NCBI RefSeq assembly: GCF_009914755.1
Contig: NC_060931.1
DNA from: the human T2T-CHM13v2.0 reference genome, Homo sapiens
Reading direction: 5' to 3' (one strand)
DNA: 64,000 nucleotides
Part shown: piece after piece, positions 38,601 to 53,600 of the stretch
Numbering within the stretch: the stretch's first letter is position 1
Layout of the letters: each line of letters opens with the position of its first letter
Notes under the pieces: model-generated
The model's input: only the letters and a program-made list of their open reading frames with translations
Databases searched by the model: none
Told to the model about the DNA's origin: nothing
Position numbers and translations under genes: made by a program

Positions 38601-41600
38601 GCATTGAGGCCTTCGTTGGAAACGGGATTTCTTCATTTCATGCTAGACAGAAGAATTCTCAGTAACTTCTTTGTGCTGTGTGTATTCAACTCACAGAGTG
38701 GAACGTCCCTTTGCACAGAGCAGATTTGAAACACTCTTTTTGTGGAGTTTGCAAGTGGAGATTTCAAGCGATTTGATGCCAACAGTAGAAAAGGAAATAT
38801 CTTCAAATAAAAACTAGACAGAATCATTCTCAGAAACTACTTTGTGATGTGTGCCTTCAACTCACAGAGTTTAACCTTTCTTTTCTTAGAGCAGTTTAGA
38901 AACACTCTGCTTGTTATGTCTGCAAGTGGATATTTGGACCTCTTTGAGGCCTTCGTTGCAAACGGGGTTTCTTCCTTTCATGCTAGACTAAGAAGAGTTC
39001 TCAGTAACTTTTTTGTGTTGTGTGTATTCAATTCACAGAGTTGAACCTTGCTTTAGAGAGAGCAGATTTGAAACACTCTTGCTGTGGCATTTTCAGGTGG
39101 AGATTTCAAGCGATTTGAGGACAATTGCAGAAAAGGAAATATCTTCGTATAATAACCAGACAGAATCATTCTCAGAAAGTGCTTTGTGATGTGTGCGTTC
39201 AACTCACAGAGTTTAACCTTTCTTTTCATAGAGGAGTTTGGAAACACACTGTTTGTAAAGTCTGCAAGTGGATATATGGACCTGTTTGAGGCCTTCGTTG
39301 GAAACGGGATTTCTTCATTGAATGCTAGACGGAAGAATTCTCAGTAAATTCTTTGTGTTGTGTGCATTCAACTCACAGAGTGGAACGTCCCTTTAGACAG
39401 AGCAGATTTGAAACACTCTTTTTGCGGAATTTGCAAGTGGAGATTTCTAGCCATTTGATGCCAACAGTAGAAAGGGAAATATCTTCAAATAAAAACCAGA
39501 CAGAATCATTCTCAGAAAATTCTTTGTGATGTGTGCGTTGAACTCACATAGTTTAACCTTTCTTTTCATAGAGCAGTTTGGAAACACTCTGTTTGTAAAG
39601 TCTGCAAGTGGATATATGGACCGCATTGAGGCCTTCATTGGAAACGGGATTTCTTCATTTCATGCTAGACAGAAGAATTCTCAGTAACTTCTTTGTGCTG
39701 TGTGTATTCAACTCACAGAGTGGAACGTCCCTTTACACAGAGCAGATTTGAAACACTCTTTTTGTGGAGTTTGCAAGTGGAGATTTCAAGCGATTTGATG
39801 CCAACAGTAGAAAAGGAAATATCTTCAAATAAAAACTAGACAGAATCATTCTCAGAAACTACTTTGTGATGTGTGCCTTCAACTCACAGAGTTTAACCTT
39901 TCTTTTCTTAGAGCAGTTTAGAAACACTCTGCTTGTTATGTCTGCAAGTGGATATTTGGACCTCTTTGAGGCCTTCGTTGCAAACGGGGTTTCTTCCTTT
40001 CATGCTAGACTAAGAAGAGTTCTCAGTAACTTTTTTGTGTTGTGTGCATTCAACTCACAGAGTTGAACCTTGCTTTAGAGAGAGCAGATTTGAAACACTC
40101 TTGCTGTGGCATTTTCAGGTGGAGATTTCAAGCGATTTGAGGACAATTGCAGAAAAGGAAATATCTTCGTAAAATAACCAGACAGAATCATTCTCAGAAA
40201 GTGCTTTGTGATGTGTGCGTTCAACTCACAGAGTTTAACCTTTCTTTTCATAGAGGAGTTTGGAAACACACTGTTTGTAAAGTCTGCAAGTGGATACATG
40301 GACCTGTTTGAGGCCTTCGTTGGAAACGGGATTTCTTCATTGAATGCTAGACGGAAGAATTCTCAGTAAATTCTTTGTGTTGTGTGCATTCAACTCACAG
40401 AGTGGAACGTCCCTTTAGACAGAGCAGATTTGAAACACTCTTTTTGCGGAATTTGCAAGTGGAGATTTCTAGCCATTTGATGCCAACAGTAGAAAGGGAA
40501 ATATCTTCAAATAAAAACCAGACAGAATCATTCTCAGAAAATTCTTTGTGATGTGTGCGTTCAACTCACATAGTTTAACCTTTCTTTTCATAGAGCAGTT
40601 TGGAAACACTCTGTTTGTAAAGTCTGCAAGTGGATATATGGACCGCATTGAGGCCTTCGTTGGAAACGGGATTTCTTCATTTCATGCTAGACAGAAGAAT
40701 TCTCAGTAACTTCTTTGTGCTGTGTGTATTCAACTCACAGAGTGGAACGTCCCTTTGCAGAGAGCAGATTTGAAACACTCTTTTTGTGGAGTTTGCAAGT
40801 GGAGATTTCAAGCGATTTGATGCCAACAGTAGAAAAGGAAATATCTTCAAATAAAAACTAGACAGAATCATTCTCAGAAACTACTTTGTGATGTGTGCCT
40901 TCAACTCACAGAGTTTAACCTTTCTTTTCTTAGAGCAGTTTAGAAACACTCTGCTTGTTATGACTGCAAGTGGATATTTGGACCTCTTTGAGGCCTTCGT
41001 TGCAAACGGGGTTTCTTCCTTTCATGCTAGACTAAGAAGAGTTCTCAGTAACTTTTTTGTGTTGTGTGTATTCAACTCACAGAGTTGAACCTTGCTTTAG
41101 AGAGAGCAGATTTGAAACACTCTTGCTGTGGCATTTTCAGGTGGAGATTTCAAGCGATTTGAGGACAATTGCAGAAAAGGAAATATCTTCGTATAATAAC
41201 CAGACAGAATCATTCTCAGAAAGTGCTTTGTGATGTGTGCGTTCAACTCACAGAGTTTAACCTTTCTTTTCATAGAGGAGTTTGGAAACACACTGTTTGT
41301 AAAGTCTGCAAGTGGATACATGGACCTGTTTGAGGCCTTCGTTGGAAACGGGATTTCTTCATTGAATGCTAGACGGAAGAATTCTCAGTAAATTCTTTGT
41401 GTTGTGTGCATTCAACTCACAGAGTGGAACGTCCCTTTAGACAGAGCAGATTTGAAACACTCTTTTTGCGGAATTTGCAAGTGGAGATTTCTAGCCATTT
41501 GATGCCAACAGTAGAAAGGGAAATATCTTCAAATAAAAACCAGACAGAATCATTCTCAGAAAATTCTTTGTGATGTGTGCGTTCAACTCACATAGTTTAA

Positions 41601-44600
41601 CCTTTCTTTTCATAGAGCAGTTTGGAAACACTCTGTTTGTAAAGTCTGCAAGTGGATATATGGACCGCATTGAGGCCTTCGTTGGAAACGGGATTTCTTC
41701 ATTTCATGCTAGACAGAAGAATTCTCAGTAACTTCTTTGTGCTGTGTGTATTCAACTCACAGAGTGGAACGTCCCTTTACACAGAGCAGATTTGAAACAC
41801 TCTTTTTGTGGAGTTTGCAAGTGGAGATTTCAAGCGATTTGATGCCAACAGTAGAAAAGGAAATATCTTCAAATAAAAACTAGACAGAATCATTCTCAGA
41901 AACTACTTTGTGATGTGTGCCTTCAACTCACAGAGTTTAACCTTTCTTTTCTTAGAGCAGTTTAGAAACACTCTGCTTGTTATGACTGCAAGTGGATATT
42001 TGGACCTCTTTGAGGCCTTCGTTGCAAACGGGGTTTCTTCCTTTCATGCTAGACTAAGAAGAGTTCTCAGTAACTTTTTTGTGTTGTGTGTATTCAACTC
42101 ACAGAGTTGAACCTTGCTTTAGAGAGAGCAGATTTGAAACACTCTTGCTGTGGCATTTTCAGGTGGAGATTTCAAGCGATTTGAGGACAATTGCAGAAAA
42201 GGAAATATCTTCGTATAATAACCAGACAGAATCATTCTCAGAAAGTGCTTTGTGATGTGTGTGTTCAACTCACAGAGTTTAACCTTTCTTTTCATAGAGG
42301 AGTTTGGAAACACACTGTTTGTAAGGACTGCAAGTGGATATATGGACCTGTTTGAGGCCTTCGTTGGAAACGGGATTTCTTCATTGAATGCTAGACGGAA
42401 GAATTCTCAGTAAATTCTTTGTGTTGTGTGCATTCAACTCACAGAGTGGAACGTCCCTTTAGACACAGCAGATTTGAAACACTCTTTTTGCGGAATTTGC
42501 AAGTGGAGATTTCTAGCCATTTGATGCCAACAGTAGAAAGGGAAATATCTTCAAATAAAAACCAGACAGAATCATTCTCAGCAAATTCTTTGTGATGTGT
42601 GCGTTCAACTCACATAGTTTAACCTTTCTTTTCATAGAGCAGTTTGGAAACACTCTGTTTGTAAAGTCTGCAAGTGGATATATGGACCGCATTGAGGCCT
42701 TCGTTGGAAACGGGATTTCTTCATTTCATGCTAGACAGAAGAATTCTCAGTAACTTCTTTGTGCTGTGTGTATTCAACTCACAGAGTGGAACGTCCCTTT
42801 GCACAGAGCAGATTTGAAACACTCTTTTTGTGGAGTTTGCAAGTGGAGATTTCAAGCGATTTGATGCCAACAGTAGAAAAGGAAATATCTTCAAATAAAA
42901 ACTAGACAGAATCATTCTCAGAAACTACTTTGTGATGTGTGCCTTCAACTCACAGAGTTTAACATTTCTTTTCTTAGAGCAGTTTAGAAACACTCTGCTT
43001 GTTATGTCTGCAAGTGGATATTTGGACCTCTTTGAGGCCTTCGTTGCAAACGGGGTTTCTTCCTTTCATGCTAGACTAAGAAGAGTTCTCAGTAACTTTT
43101 TTGTGTTGTGTGTATTCAACTCACAGAGTTGAACCTTGCTTTAGAGAGAGCAGATTTGAAACACTCTTGCTGTGGCATTTTCAGGTGGAGATTTCAAGCG
43201 ATTTGAGGACAATTGCAGAAAAGGAAATATCTTCGTATAATAACCAGACAGAATCATTCTCAGAAAGTGCTTTGTGATGTGTGCGTTCAACTCACAGAGT
43301 TTAACCTTTCTTTTCATAGAGGAGTTTGGAAACACACTGTTTGTAAAGTCTGCAAGTGGATACATGGACCTGTTTGAGGCCTTCGTTGGAAACGGGATTT
43401 CTTCATTGAATGCTAGACGGAAGAATTCTCAGTAAATTCTTTGTGTTGTGTGCATTCAACTCACAGAGTGGAACGTCCCTTTAGACAGAGCAGATTTGAA
43501 ACACTCTTTTTGCGGAATTTGCAAGTGGAGATTTCTAGCCATTTGATGCCAACAGTAGAAAGGGAAATATCTTCAAATAAAAACCAGACAGAATCATTCT
43601 CAGAAAATTCTTTGTGATGTGTGCGTTCAACTCACATAGTTTAACCTTTCTTTTCATAGAGCAGTTTGGAAACACTCTGTTTGTAAAGTCTGCAAGTGGA
43701 TATATGGACCGCATTGAGGCCTTCGTTGGAAACGGGATTTCTTCATTTCATGCTAGACAGAAGAATTCTCAGTAACTTCTTTGTGCTGTGTGTATTCAAC
43801 TCACAGAGTGGAACGTCCCTTTGCACAGAGCAGATTTGAAACACTCTTTTTGTGGAGTTTGCAAGTGGAGATTTCAAGCGATTTGATGCCAACAGTAGAA
43901 AAGGAAATATCTTCAAATAAAAACTAGACAGAATCATTCTCAGAAACTACTTTGTGATGTGTGCCTTCAACTCACAGAGTTTAACCTTTCTTTTCTTAGA
44001 GCAGTTTAGAAACACTCTGCTTGTTATGTCTGCAAGTGGATATTTGGACCTCTTTGAGGCCTTCGTTGCAAACGGGGTTTCTTCCTTTCATGCTAGACTA
44101 AGAAGAGTTCTCAGTAACTTTTTTGTGTTGTGTGTATTCAACTCACAGAGTTGAACCTTGCTTTAGAGAGAGCAGATTTGAAACACTCTTGCTGTGGCAT
44201 TTTCAGGTGGAGATTTCAAGCGATTTGAGGACAATTGCAGAAAAGGAAATATCTTCGTATAATAACCAGACAGAATCATTCTCAGAAAGTGCTTTGTGAT
44301 GTGTGCGTTCAACTCACAGAGTTTAACCTTTCTTTTCATAGAGGAGTTTGGAAACACACTGTTTGTAAAGTCTGCAGGTGGATATATGGACCTGTTTGAG
44401 GCCTTCGTTGGAAACGGGATTTCTTCATTGAATGCTAGACGGAAGAATTCTCAGTAAATTCTTTGTGTTGTGTGCATTCAACTCACAGAGTGGAACGTCC
44501 CTTTAGACAGAGCAGATTTGAAACACTCTTTTTGCGGAATTTGCAAGTGGAGATTTCTAGCCATTTGATGCCAACAGTAGAAAGGGAAATATCTTCAAAT

Positions 44601-47600
44601 AAAAACCAGACAGAATCATTCTCAGAAAATTCTTTGTGATATGTGCGTTCAACTCACATAGTTTAACCTTTCTTTTCATAGAGCAGTTTGGAAACACTCT
44701 GTTTGTAAAGTCTGCAAGTGGATATATGGACCGCATTGAGGCCTTCGTTGGAAACGGGATTTCTTCATTTCATGCTAGACAGAAGAATTCTCAGTAACTT
44801 CTTTGTGCTGTGTGTATTCAACTCACAGAGTGGAACGTCCCTTTGCACAGAGCAGATTTGAAACACTCTTTTTGTGGAATTTGCAAGTGGAGATTTCAAG
44901 CGATTTGATGCCAACAGTAGAAAAGGAAATATCTTCAAATAAAAACTAGACAGAATCATTCTCAGAAACTACTTTGTGATGTGTGCCTTCAACTCACAGA
45001 GTTTAACCTTTCTTTTCTTAGAGCAGTTTAGAAACACTCTGCTTGTTATGTCTGCAAGTGGATATTTGGACCTCTTTGAGGCCTTCGTTGCAAACGGGGT
45101 TTCTTCCTTTCATGCTAGACTAAGAAGAGTTCTCAGTAACTTTTTTGTGTTGTGTGTATTCAACTCACAGAGTTGAACCTTGCTTTAGAGAGAGCAGATT
45201 TGAAACACTCTTGCTGTGGCATTTTCAGGTGGAGATTTCAAGCGATTTGAGGACAATTGCAGAAAAGGAAATATCTTCGTATAATAACCAGACAGAATCA
45301 TTCTCAGAAAGTGCTTTGTGATGTGTGCGTTCAACTCACAGAGTTTAACCTTTCTTTTCATAGAGGAGTTTGGAAACACACTGTTTGTAAAGTCTGCAAG
45401 TGGATATATGGACCTGTTTGAGGCCTTCGTTGGAAACGGGATTTCTTCATTGAATGCTAGACGGAAGAATTCTCAGTAAATTCTTTGTGTTGTGTGCATT
45501 CAACTCACAGAGTGGAACGTCCCTTTAGACAGAGCAGATTTGAAACACTCTTTTTGCGGAATTTGCAAGTGGAGATTTCTAGCCATTTGATGCCAACAGT
45601 AGAAAGGGAAATATCTTCAAATAAAAACCAGACAGAATCATTCTCAGAAAATTCTTTGTGATGTGTGCGTTCAACTCACATAGTTTAACCTTTCTTTTCA
45701 TAGAGCAGTTTGGAAACACTCTGTTTGTAAAGTCTGCAAGTGGATATATGGACCGCATTGAGGCCTTCGTTGGAAACGGGATTTCTTCATTTCATGCTAG
45801 ACAGAAGAATTCTCAGTAACTTCTTTGTGCTGTGTGTATTCAACTCACAGAGTGGAACGTCCCTTTGCACAGAGCAGATTTGAAACACTCTTTTTGTGGA
45901 GTTTGCAAGTGGAGATTTCAAGCGATTTGATGCCAACAGTAGAAAAGGAAATATCTTCAAATAAAAACTAGACAGAATCATTCTCAGAAACTACTTTGTG
46001 ATGTGTGCCTTCAACTCACAGAGTTTAACCTTTCTTTTCTTAGAGCAGTTTAGAAACACTCTGCTTGTTATGTCTGCAAGTGGATATTTGGACCTCTTTG
46101 AGGCCTTCGTTGCAAACGGGGTTTCTTCCTTTCATGCTAGACTAAGAAGAGTTCTCAGTAACTTTTTTGTGTTGTGTGTATTCAACTCACAGAGTTGAAC
46201 CTTGCTTTAGAGAGAGCAGATTTGAAACACTCTTGCTGTGGCATTTTCAGGTGGAGATTTCAAGCGATTTGAGGACAATTGCAGAAAAGGAAATATCTTC
46301 GTATAATAACCAGACAGAATCATTCTCAGAAAGTGCTTTGTGATGTGTGCGTTCAACTCACAGAGTTTAACCTTTCTTTTCATAGAGGAGTTTGGAAACA
46401 CTGTTTGTAAAGTCTGCAAGTGGATATATGGACCTGTTTGAGGCCTTCGTTGGAAACGGGATTTTTCATTGAATGCTAGACGGAAGAATTCTCAGTAAAT
46501 TCTTTGTGTTGTGTGCATTCAACTCACAGAGTGGAACGTCCCTTTAGACAGAGCAGATTTGAAACACTCTTTTTGCGGAATTTGCAAGTGGAGATTTCTA
46601 GCCATTTGATGCCAACAGTAGAAAGGGAAATATCTTCAAATAAAAACCAGACAGAATCATTCTCAGAAAATTCTTTGTGATGTGTGCGTTCAACTCACAT
46701 AGTTTAACCTTTCTTTTCATAGAGCAGTTTGGAAACACTCTGTTTGTAAAGTCTGCAAGTGGATATATGGACCGCATTGAGGCCTTCGTTGGAAACGGGA
46801 TTTCTTCATTTCATGCTAGACAGAAGAATTCTCAGTAACTTCTTTGTGCTGTGTGTATTCAACTCACAGAGTGGAACGTCCCTTTGCACAGAGCAGATTT
46901 GAAACACTCTTTTTGTGGAGTTTGCAAGTGGAGATTTCAAGCGATTTGATGCCAACAGTAGAAAAGGAAATATCTTCAAATAAAAACTAGACAGAATCAT
47001 TCTCAGAAACTACTTTGTGATGTGTGCCTTCAACTCACAGAGTTTAACATTTCTTTTCTTAGAGCAGTTTAGAAACACTCTGCTTGTTATGTCTGCAAGT
47101 GGATATTTGGACCTCTTTGAGGCCTTCGTTGCAAACGGGGTTTCTTCCTTTCATGCTAGACTAAGAAGAGTTCTCAGTAACTTTTTTGTGTTGTGTGTAT
47201 TCAACTCACAGAGTTGAACCTTGCTTTAGAGAGAGCAGATTTGAAACACTCTTGCTGTGGCATTTTCAGGTGGAGATTTCAAGCGATTTGAGGACAATTG
47301 CAGAAAAGGAAATATCTTCGTATAATAACCAGACAGAATCATTCTCAGAAAGTGCTTTGTGATGTGTGCGTTCAACTCACAGAGTTTAACCTTTCTTTTC
47401 ATAGAGGAGTTTGGAAACACACTGTTTGTAAAGTCTGCAAGTGGATATATGGACCTGTTTGAGGCCTTCGTTGGAAACGGGATTTCTTCATTGAATGCTA
47501 GACGGAAGAATTCTCAGTAAATTCTTTGTGTTGTGTGCATTCAACTCACAGAGTGGAACGTCCCTTTAGACAGAGCAGATTTGAAACACTCTTTTTGCGG

Positions 47601-50600
47601 AATTTGCAAGTGGAGATTTCTAGCCATTTGATGCCAACAGTAGAAAGGGAAATATCTTCAAATAAAAACCAGACAGAATCATTCTCAGAAAATTCTTTGT
47701 GATGTGTGCGTTCAACTCACATAGTTTAACCTTTCTTTTCATAGAGCAGTTTGGAAACACTCTGTTTGTAAAGTCTGCAAGTGGATATATGGACCGCATT
47801 GAGGCCTTCGTTGGAAACGGGATTTCTTCATTTCATGCTAGACAGAAGAATTCTCAGTAACTTCTTTGTGCTGTGTGTATTCAACTCACAGAGTGGAACG
47901 TCCCTTTGCACAGAGCAGATTTGAAACACTCTTTTTGTGGAGTTTGCAAGTGGAGATTTCAAGCGATTTGATGCCAACAGTAGAAAAGGAAATATCTTCA
48001 AATAAAAACTAGACAGAATCATTCTCAGAAACTACTTTGTGATGTGTGCCTTCAACTCACAGAGTTTAACCTTTCTTTTCTTAGAGCAGTTTAGAAACAC
48101 TCTGCTTGTTATGTCTGCAAGTGGATATTTGGACCTCTTTGAGGCCTTCGTTGCAAACGGGGTTTCTTCCTTTCATGCTAGACTAAGAAGAGTTCTCAGT
48201 AACTTTTTTGTGTTGTGTGTATTCAACTCACAGAGTTGAACCTTGCTTTAGAGAGAGCAGATTTGAAACACTCTTGCTGTGGCATTTTCAGGTGGAGATT
48301 TCAAGCGATTTGAGGACAATTGCAGAAAAGGAAATATCTTCGTATAATAACCAGACAGAATCATTCTCAGAAAGTGCTTTGTGATGTGTGCGTTCAACTC
48401 ACAGAGTTTAACCTTTCTTTTCATACAGGAGTTTGGAAACACACTGTTTGTAAAGTCTGCAAGTGGATATATGGACCTGTTTGAGGCCTTCGTTGGAAAC
48501 GGGATTTCTTCATTGAATGCTAGACGGAAGAATTCTCAGTAAATTCTTTGTGTTGTGTGCATTCAACTCACAGAGTGGAACGTCCCTTTAGACAGAGCAG
48601 ATTTGAAACACTCTTTTTGCGGAATTTGCAAGTGGAGATTTCTAGCCATTTGATGCCAACAGTAGAAAGGGAAATATCTTCAAATAAAAACCAGACAGAA
48701 TCATTCTCAGAAAATTCTTTGTGATGTGTGCGTTCAACTCACATAGTTTAACCTTTCTTTTCATAGAGCAGTTTGGAAACACTCTGTTTGTAAAGTCTGC
48801 AAGTGGATATATGGACCGCATTGAGGCCTTCGTTGGAAACGGGATTTCTTCATTTCATGCTAGACAGAAGAATTCTCAGTAACTTCTTTGTGCTGTGTGT
48901 ATTCAACTCACAGAGTGGAACGTCCCTTTGCACAGAGCAGATTTGAAACACTCTTTTTGTGGAATTTGCAAGTGGAGATTTCAAGCGATTTGATGCCAAC
49001 AGTAGAAAAGGAAATATCTTCAAATAAAAACTAGACAGAATCATTCTCAGAAACTACTTTGTGATGTGTGCCTTCAACTCACAGAGTTTAACCTTTCTTT
49101 TCTTAGAGCAGTTTAGAAACACTCTGCTTGTTATGTCTGCAAGTGGATATTTGGACCTCTTTGAGGCCTTCGTTGCAAACGGGGTTTCTTCCTTTCATGC
49201 TAGACTAAGAAGAGTTCTCAGTAACTTTTTTGTGTTGTGTGTATTCAACTCACAGAGTTGAACCTTGCTTTAGAGAGAGCAGATTTGAAACACTCTTGCT
49301 GTGGCATTTTCAGGTGGAGATTTCAAGCGATTTGAGGACAATTGCAGAAAAGGAAATATCTTCGTATAATAACCAGACAGAATCATTCTCAGAAAGTGCT
49401 TTGTGATGTGTGCGTTCAACTCACAGAGTTTAACCTTTCTTTTCATAGAGGAGTTTGGAAACACACTGTTTGTAAAGTCTGCAAGTGGATACATGGACCT
49501 GTTTGAGGCCTTCGTTGGAAACGGGATTTCTTCATTGAATGCTAGACGGAAGAATTCTCAGTAAATTCTTTGTGTTGTGTGCATTCAACTCACAGAGTGG
49601 AACGTCCCTTTAGACAGAGCAGATTTGAAACACTCTTTTTGCGGAATTTGCAAGTGGAGATTTCTAGCCATTTGATGCCAACAGTAGAAAGGGAAATATC
49701 TTCAAATAAAAACCAGACAGAATCATTCTCAGAAAATTCTTTGTGATGTGTGCGTTCAACTCACATAGTTTAACCTTTCTTTTCATAGAGCAGTTTGGAA
49801 ACACTCTGTTTGTAAAGTCTGCAAGTGGATATATGGACCGCATTGAGGCCTTCGTTGGAAACGGGATTTCTTCATTTCATGCTAGACAGAAGAATTCTCA
49901 GTAACTTCTTTGTGCTGTGTGTATTCAACTCACAGAGTGGAACGTCCCTTTGCACAGAGCAGATTTGAAACACTCTTTTTGTGGAGTTTGCAAGTGGAGA
50001 TTTCAAGCGATTTGATGCCAACAGTAGAAAAGGAAATATCTTCAAATAAAAACTAGACAGAATCATTCTCAGAAACTACTTTGTGATGTGTGCCTTCAAC
50101 TCACAGAGTTTAACCTTTCTTTTCTTAGAGCAGTTTAGAAACACTCTGCTTGTTATGTCTGCAAGTGGATATTTGGACCTCTTTGAGGCCTTCGTTGCAA
50201 ACGGGGTTTCTTCCTTTCATGCTAGACTAAGAAGAGTTCTCAGTAACTTTTTTGTGTTGTGTGTATTCAACTCACAGAGTTGAACCTTGCTTTAGAGAGA
50301 GCAGATTTGAAACACTCTTGCTGTGGCATTTTCAGGTGGAGATTTCAAGCGATTTGAGGACAATTGCAGAAAAGGAAATATCTTCGTATAATAACCAGAC
50401 AGAATCATTCTCAGAAAGTGCTTTGTGATGTGTGCGTTCAACTCACAGAGTTTAACCTTTCTTTTCATAGAGGAGTTTGGAAACACACTGTTTGTAAAGT
50501 CTGCAAGTGGATATATGGACCTGTTTGAGGCCTTCGTTGGAAACGGGATTTCTTCATTGAATGCTAGACGGAAGAATTCTCAGTAAATTCTTTGTGTTGT

Positions 50601-53600
50601 GTGCATTCAACTCACAGAGTGGAACGTCCCTTTAGACAGAGCAGATTTGAAACACTCTTTTTGCGGAATTTGCAAGTGGAGATTTCTAGCCATTTGATGC
50701 CAACAGTAGAAAGGGAAATATCTTCAAATAAAAACCAGACAGAATCATTCTCAGAAAATTCTTTGTGATGTGTGCGTTCAACTCACATAGTTTAACCTTT
50801 CTTTTCATAGAGCAGTTTGGAAACACTCTGTTTGTAAAGTCTGCAAGTGGATATATGGACCGCATTGAGGCCTTCGTTGGAAACGGGATTTCTTCATTTC
50901 ATGCTAGACAGAAGAATTCTCAGTAACTTCTTTGTGCTGTGTGTATTCAACTCACAGAGTGGAACGTCCCTTTGCACAGAGCAGATTTGAAACACTCTTT
51001 TTGTGGAGTTTGCAAGTGGAGATTTCAAGCGATTTGATGCCAACAGTAGAAAAGGAAATATCTTCAAATAAAAACTAGACAGAATCATTCTCAGAAACTA
51101 CTTTGTGATGTGTGCCTTCAACTCACAGAGTTTAACCTTTCTTTTCTTAGAGCAGTTTAGAAACACTCTGCTTGTTATGTCTGCAAGTGGATATTTGGAC
51201 CTCTTTGAGGCCTTCGTTGCAAACGGGGTTTCTTCCTTTCATGCTAGACTAAGAAGAGTTCTCAGTAACTTTTTTGTGTTGTGTGTATTCAACTCACAGA
51301 GTTGAACCTTGCTTTAGAGAGAGCAGATTTGAAACACTCTTGCTGTGGCATTTTCAGGTGGAGATTTCAAGCGATTTGAGGACAATTGCAGAAAAGGAAA
51401 TATCTTCGTATAATAACCAGACAGAATCATTCTCAGAAAGTGCTTTGTGATGTGTGCGTTCAACTCACAGAGTTTAACCTTTCTTTTCATAGAGGAGTTT
51501 GGAAACACACTGTTTGTAAAGTCTGCAAGTGGATATATGGACCTGTTTGAGGCCTTCGTTGGAAACGGGATTTCTTCATTGAATGCTAGACGGAAGAATT
51601 CTCAGTAAATTCTTTGTGTTGTGTGCATTCAACTCACAGAGTGGAACGTCCCTTTAGACAGAGCAGATTTGAAACACTCTTTTTGCGGAATTTGCAAGTG
51701 GAGATTTCTAGCCATTTGATGCCAACAGTAGAAAGGGAAATATCTTCAAATAAAAACCAGACAGAATCATTCTCAGAAAATTCTTTGTGATGTGTGCGTT
51801 CAACTCACATAGTTTAACCTTTCTTTTCATAGAGCAGTTTGGAAACACTCTGTTTGTAAAGTCTGCAAGTGGATATATGGACCGCATTGAGGCCTTCGTT
51901 GGAAACGGGATTTCTTCATTTCATGCTAGACAGAAGAATTCTCAGTAACTTCTTTGTGCTGTGTGTATTCAACTCACAGAGTGGAACGTCCCTTTGCACA
52001 GAGCAGATTTGAAACACTCTTTTTGTGGAGTTTGCAAGTGGAGATTTCAAGCGATTTGATGCCAACAGTAGAAAAGGAAATATCTTCAAATAAAAACTAG
52101 ACAGAATCATTCTCAGAAACTACTTTGTGATGTGTGCCTTCAACTCACAGAGTTTAACCTTTCTTTTCTTAGAGCAGTTTAGAAACACTCTGCTTGTTAT
52201 GTCTGCAAGTGGATATTTGGACCTCTTTGAGGCCTTCGTTGCAAACGGGGTTTCTTCCTTTCATGCTAGACTAAGAAGAGTTCTCAGTAACTTTTTTGTG
52301 TTGTGTGTATTCAACTCACAGAGTTGAACCTTGCTTTAGAGAGAGCAGATTTGAAACACTCTTGCTGTGGCATTTTCAGGTGGAGATTTCAAGCGATTTG
52401 AGGACAATTGCAGAAAAGGAAATATCTTCGTATAATAACCAGACAGAATCATTCTCAGAAAGTGCTTTGTGATGTGTGCGTTCAACTCACAGAGTTTAAC
52501 CTTTCTTTTCATAGAGGAGTTTGGAAACACACTGTTTGTAAAGTCTGCAAGTGGATACATGGACCTGTTTGAGGCCTTCGTTGGAAACGGGATTTCTTCA
52601 TTGAATGCTAGACGGAAGAATTCTCAGTAAATTCTTTGTGTTGTGTGCATTCAACTCACAGAGTGGAACGTCCCTTTAGACAGAGCAGATTTGAAACACT
52701 CTTTTTGCGGAATTTGCAAGTGGAGATTTCTAGCCATTTGATGCCAACAGTAGAAAGGGAAATATCTTCAAATAAAAACCAGACAGAATCATTCTCAGAA
52801 AATTCTTTGTGATGTGTGCGTTCAACTCACATAGTTTAACCTTTCTTTTCATAGAGCAGTTTGGAAACACTCTGTTTGTAAAGTCTGCAAGTGGATATAT
52901 GGACCGCATTGAGGCCTTCGTTGGAAACGGGATTTCTTCATTTCATGCTAGACAGAAGAATTCTCAGTAACTTCTTTGTGCTGTGTGTATTCAACTCACA
53001 GAGTGGAACGTCCCTTTGCACAGAGCAGATTTGAAACACTCTTTTTGTGGAGTTTGCAAGTGGAGATTTCAAGCGATTTGATGCCAACAGTAGAAAAGGA
53101 AATATCTTCAAATAAAAACTAGACAGAATCATTCTCAGAAACTACTTTGTGATGTGTGCCTTCAACTCACAGAGTTTAACCTTTCTTTTCTTAGAGCAGT
53201 TTAGAAACACTCTGCTTGTTATGTCTGCAAGTGGATATTTGGACCTCTTTGAGGCCTTCGTTGCAAACGGGGTTTCTTCCTTTCATGCTAGACTAAGAAG
53301 AGTTCTCAGTAACTTTTTTGTGTTGTGTGTATTCAACTCACAGAGTTGAACCTTGCTTTAGAGAGAGCAGATTTGAAACACTCTTGCTGTGGCATTTTCA
53401 GGTGGAGATTTCAAGCGATTTGAGGACAATTGCAGAAAAGGAAATATCTTCGTATAATAACCAGACAGAATCATTCTCAGAAAGTGCTTTGTGATGTGTG
53501 CGTTCAACTCACAGAGTTTAACCTTTCTTTTCATAGAGGAGTTTGGAAACACACTGTTTGTAAAGTCTGCAAGTGGATATATGGACCTGTTTGAGGCCTT

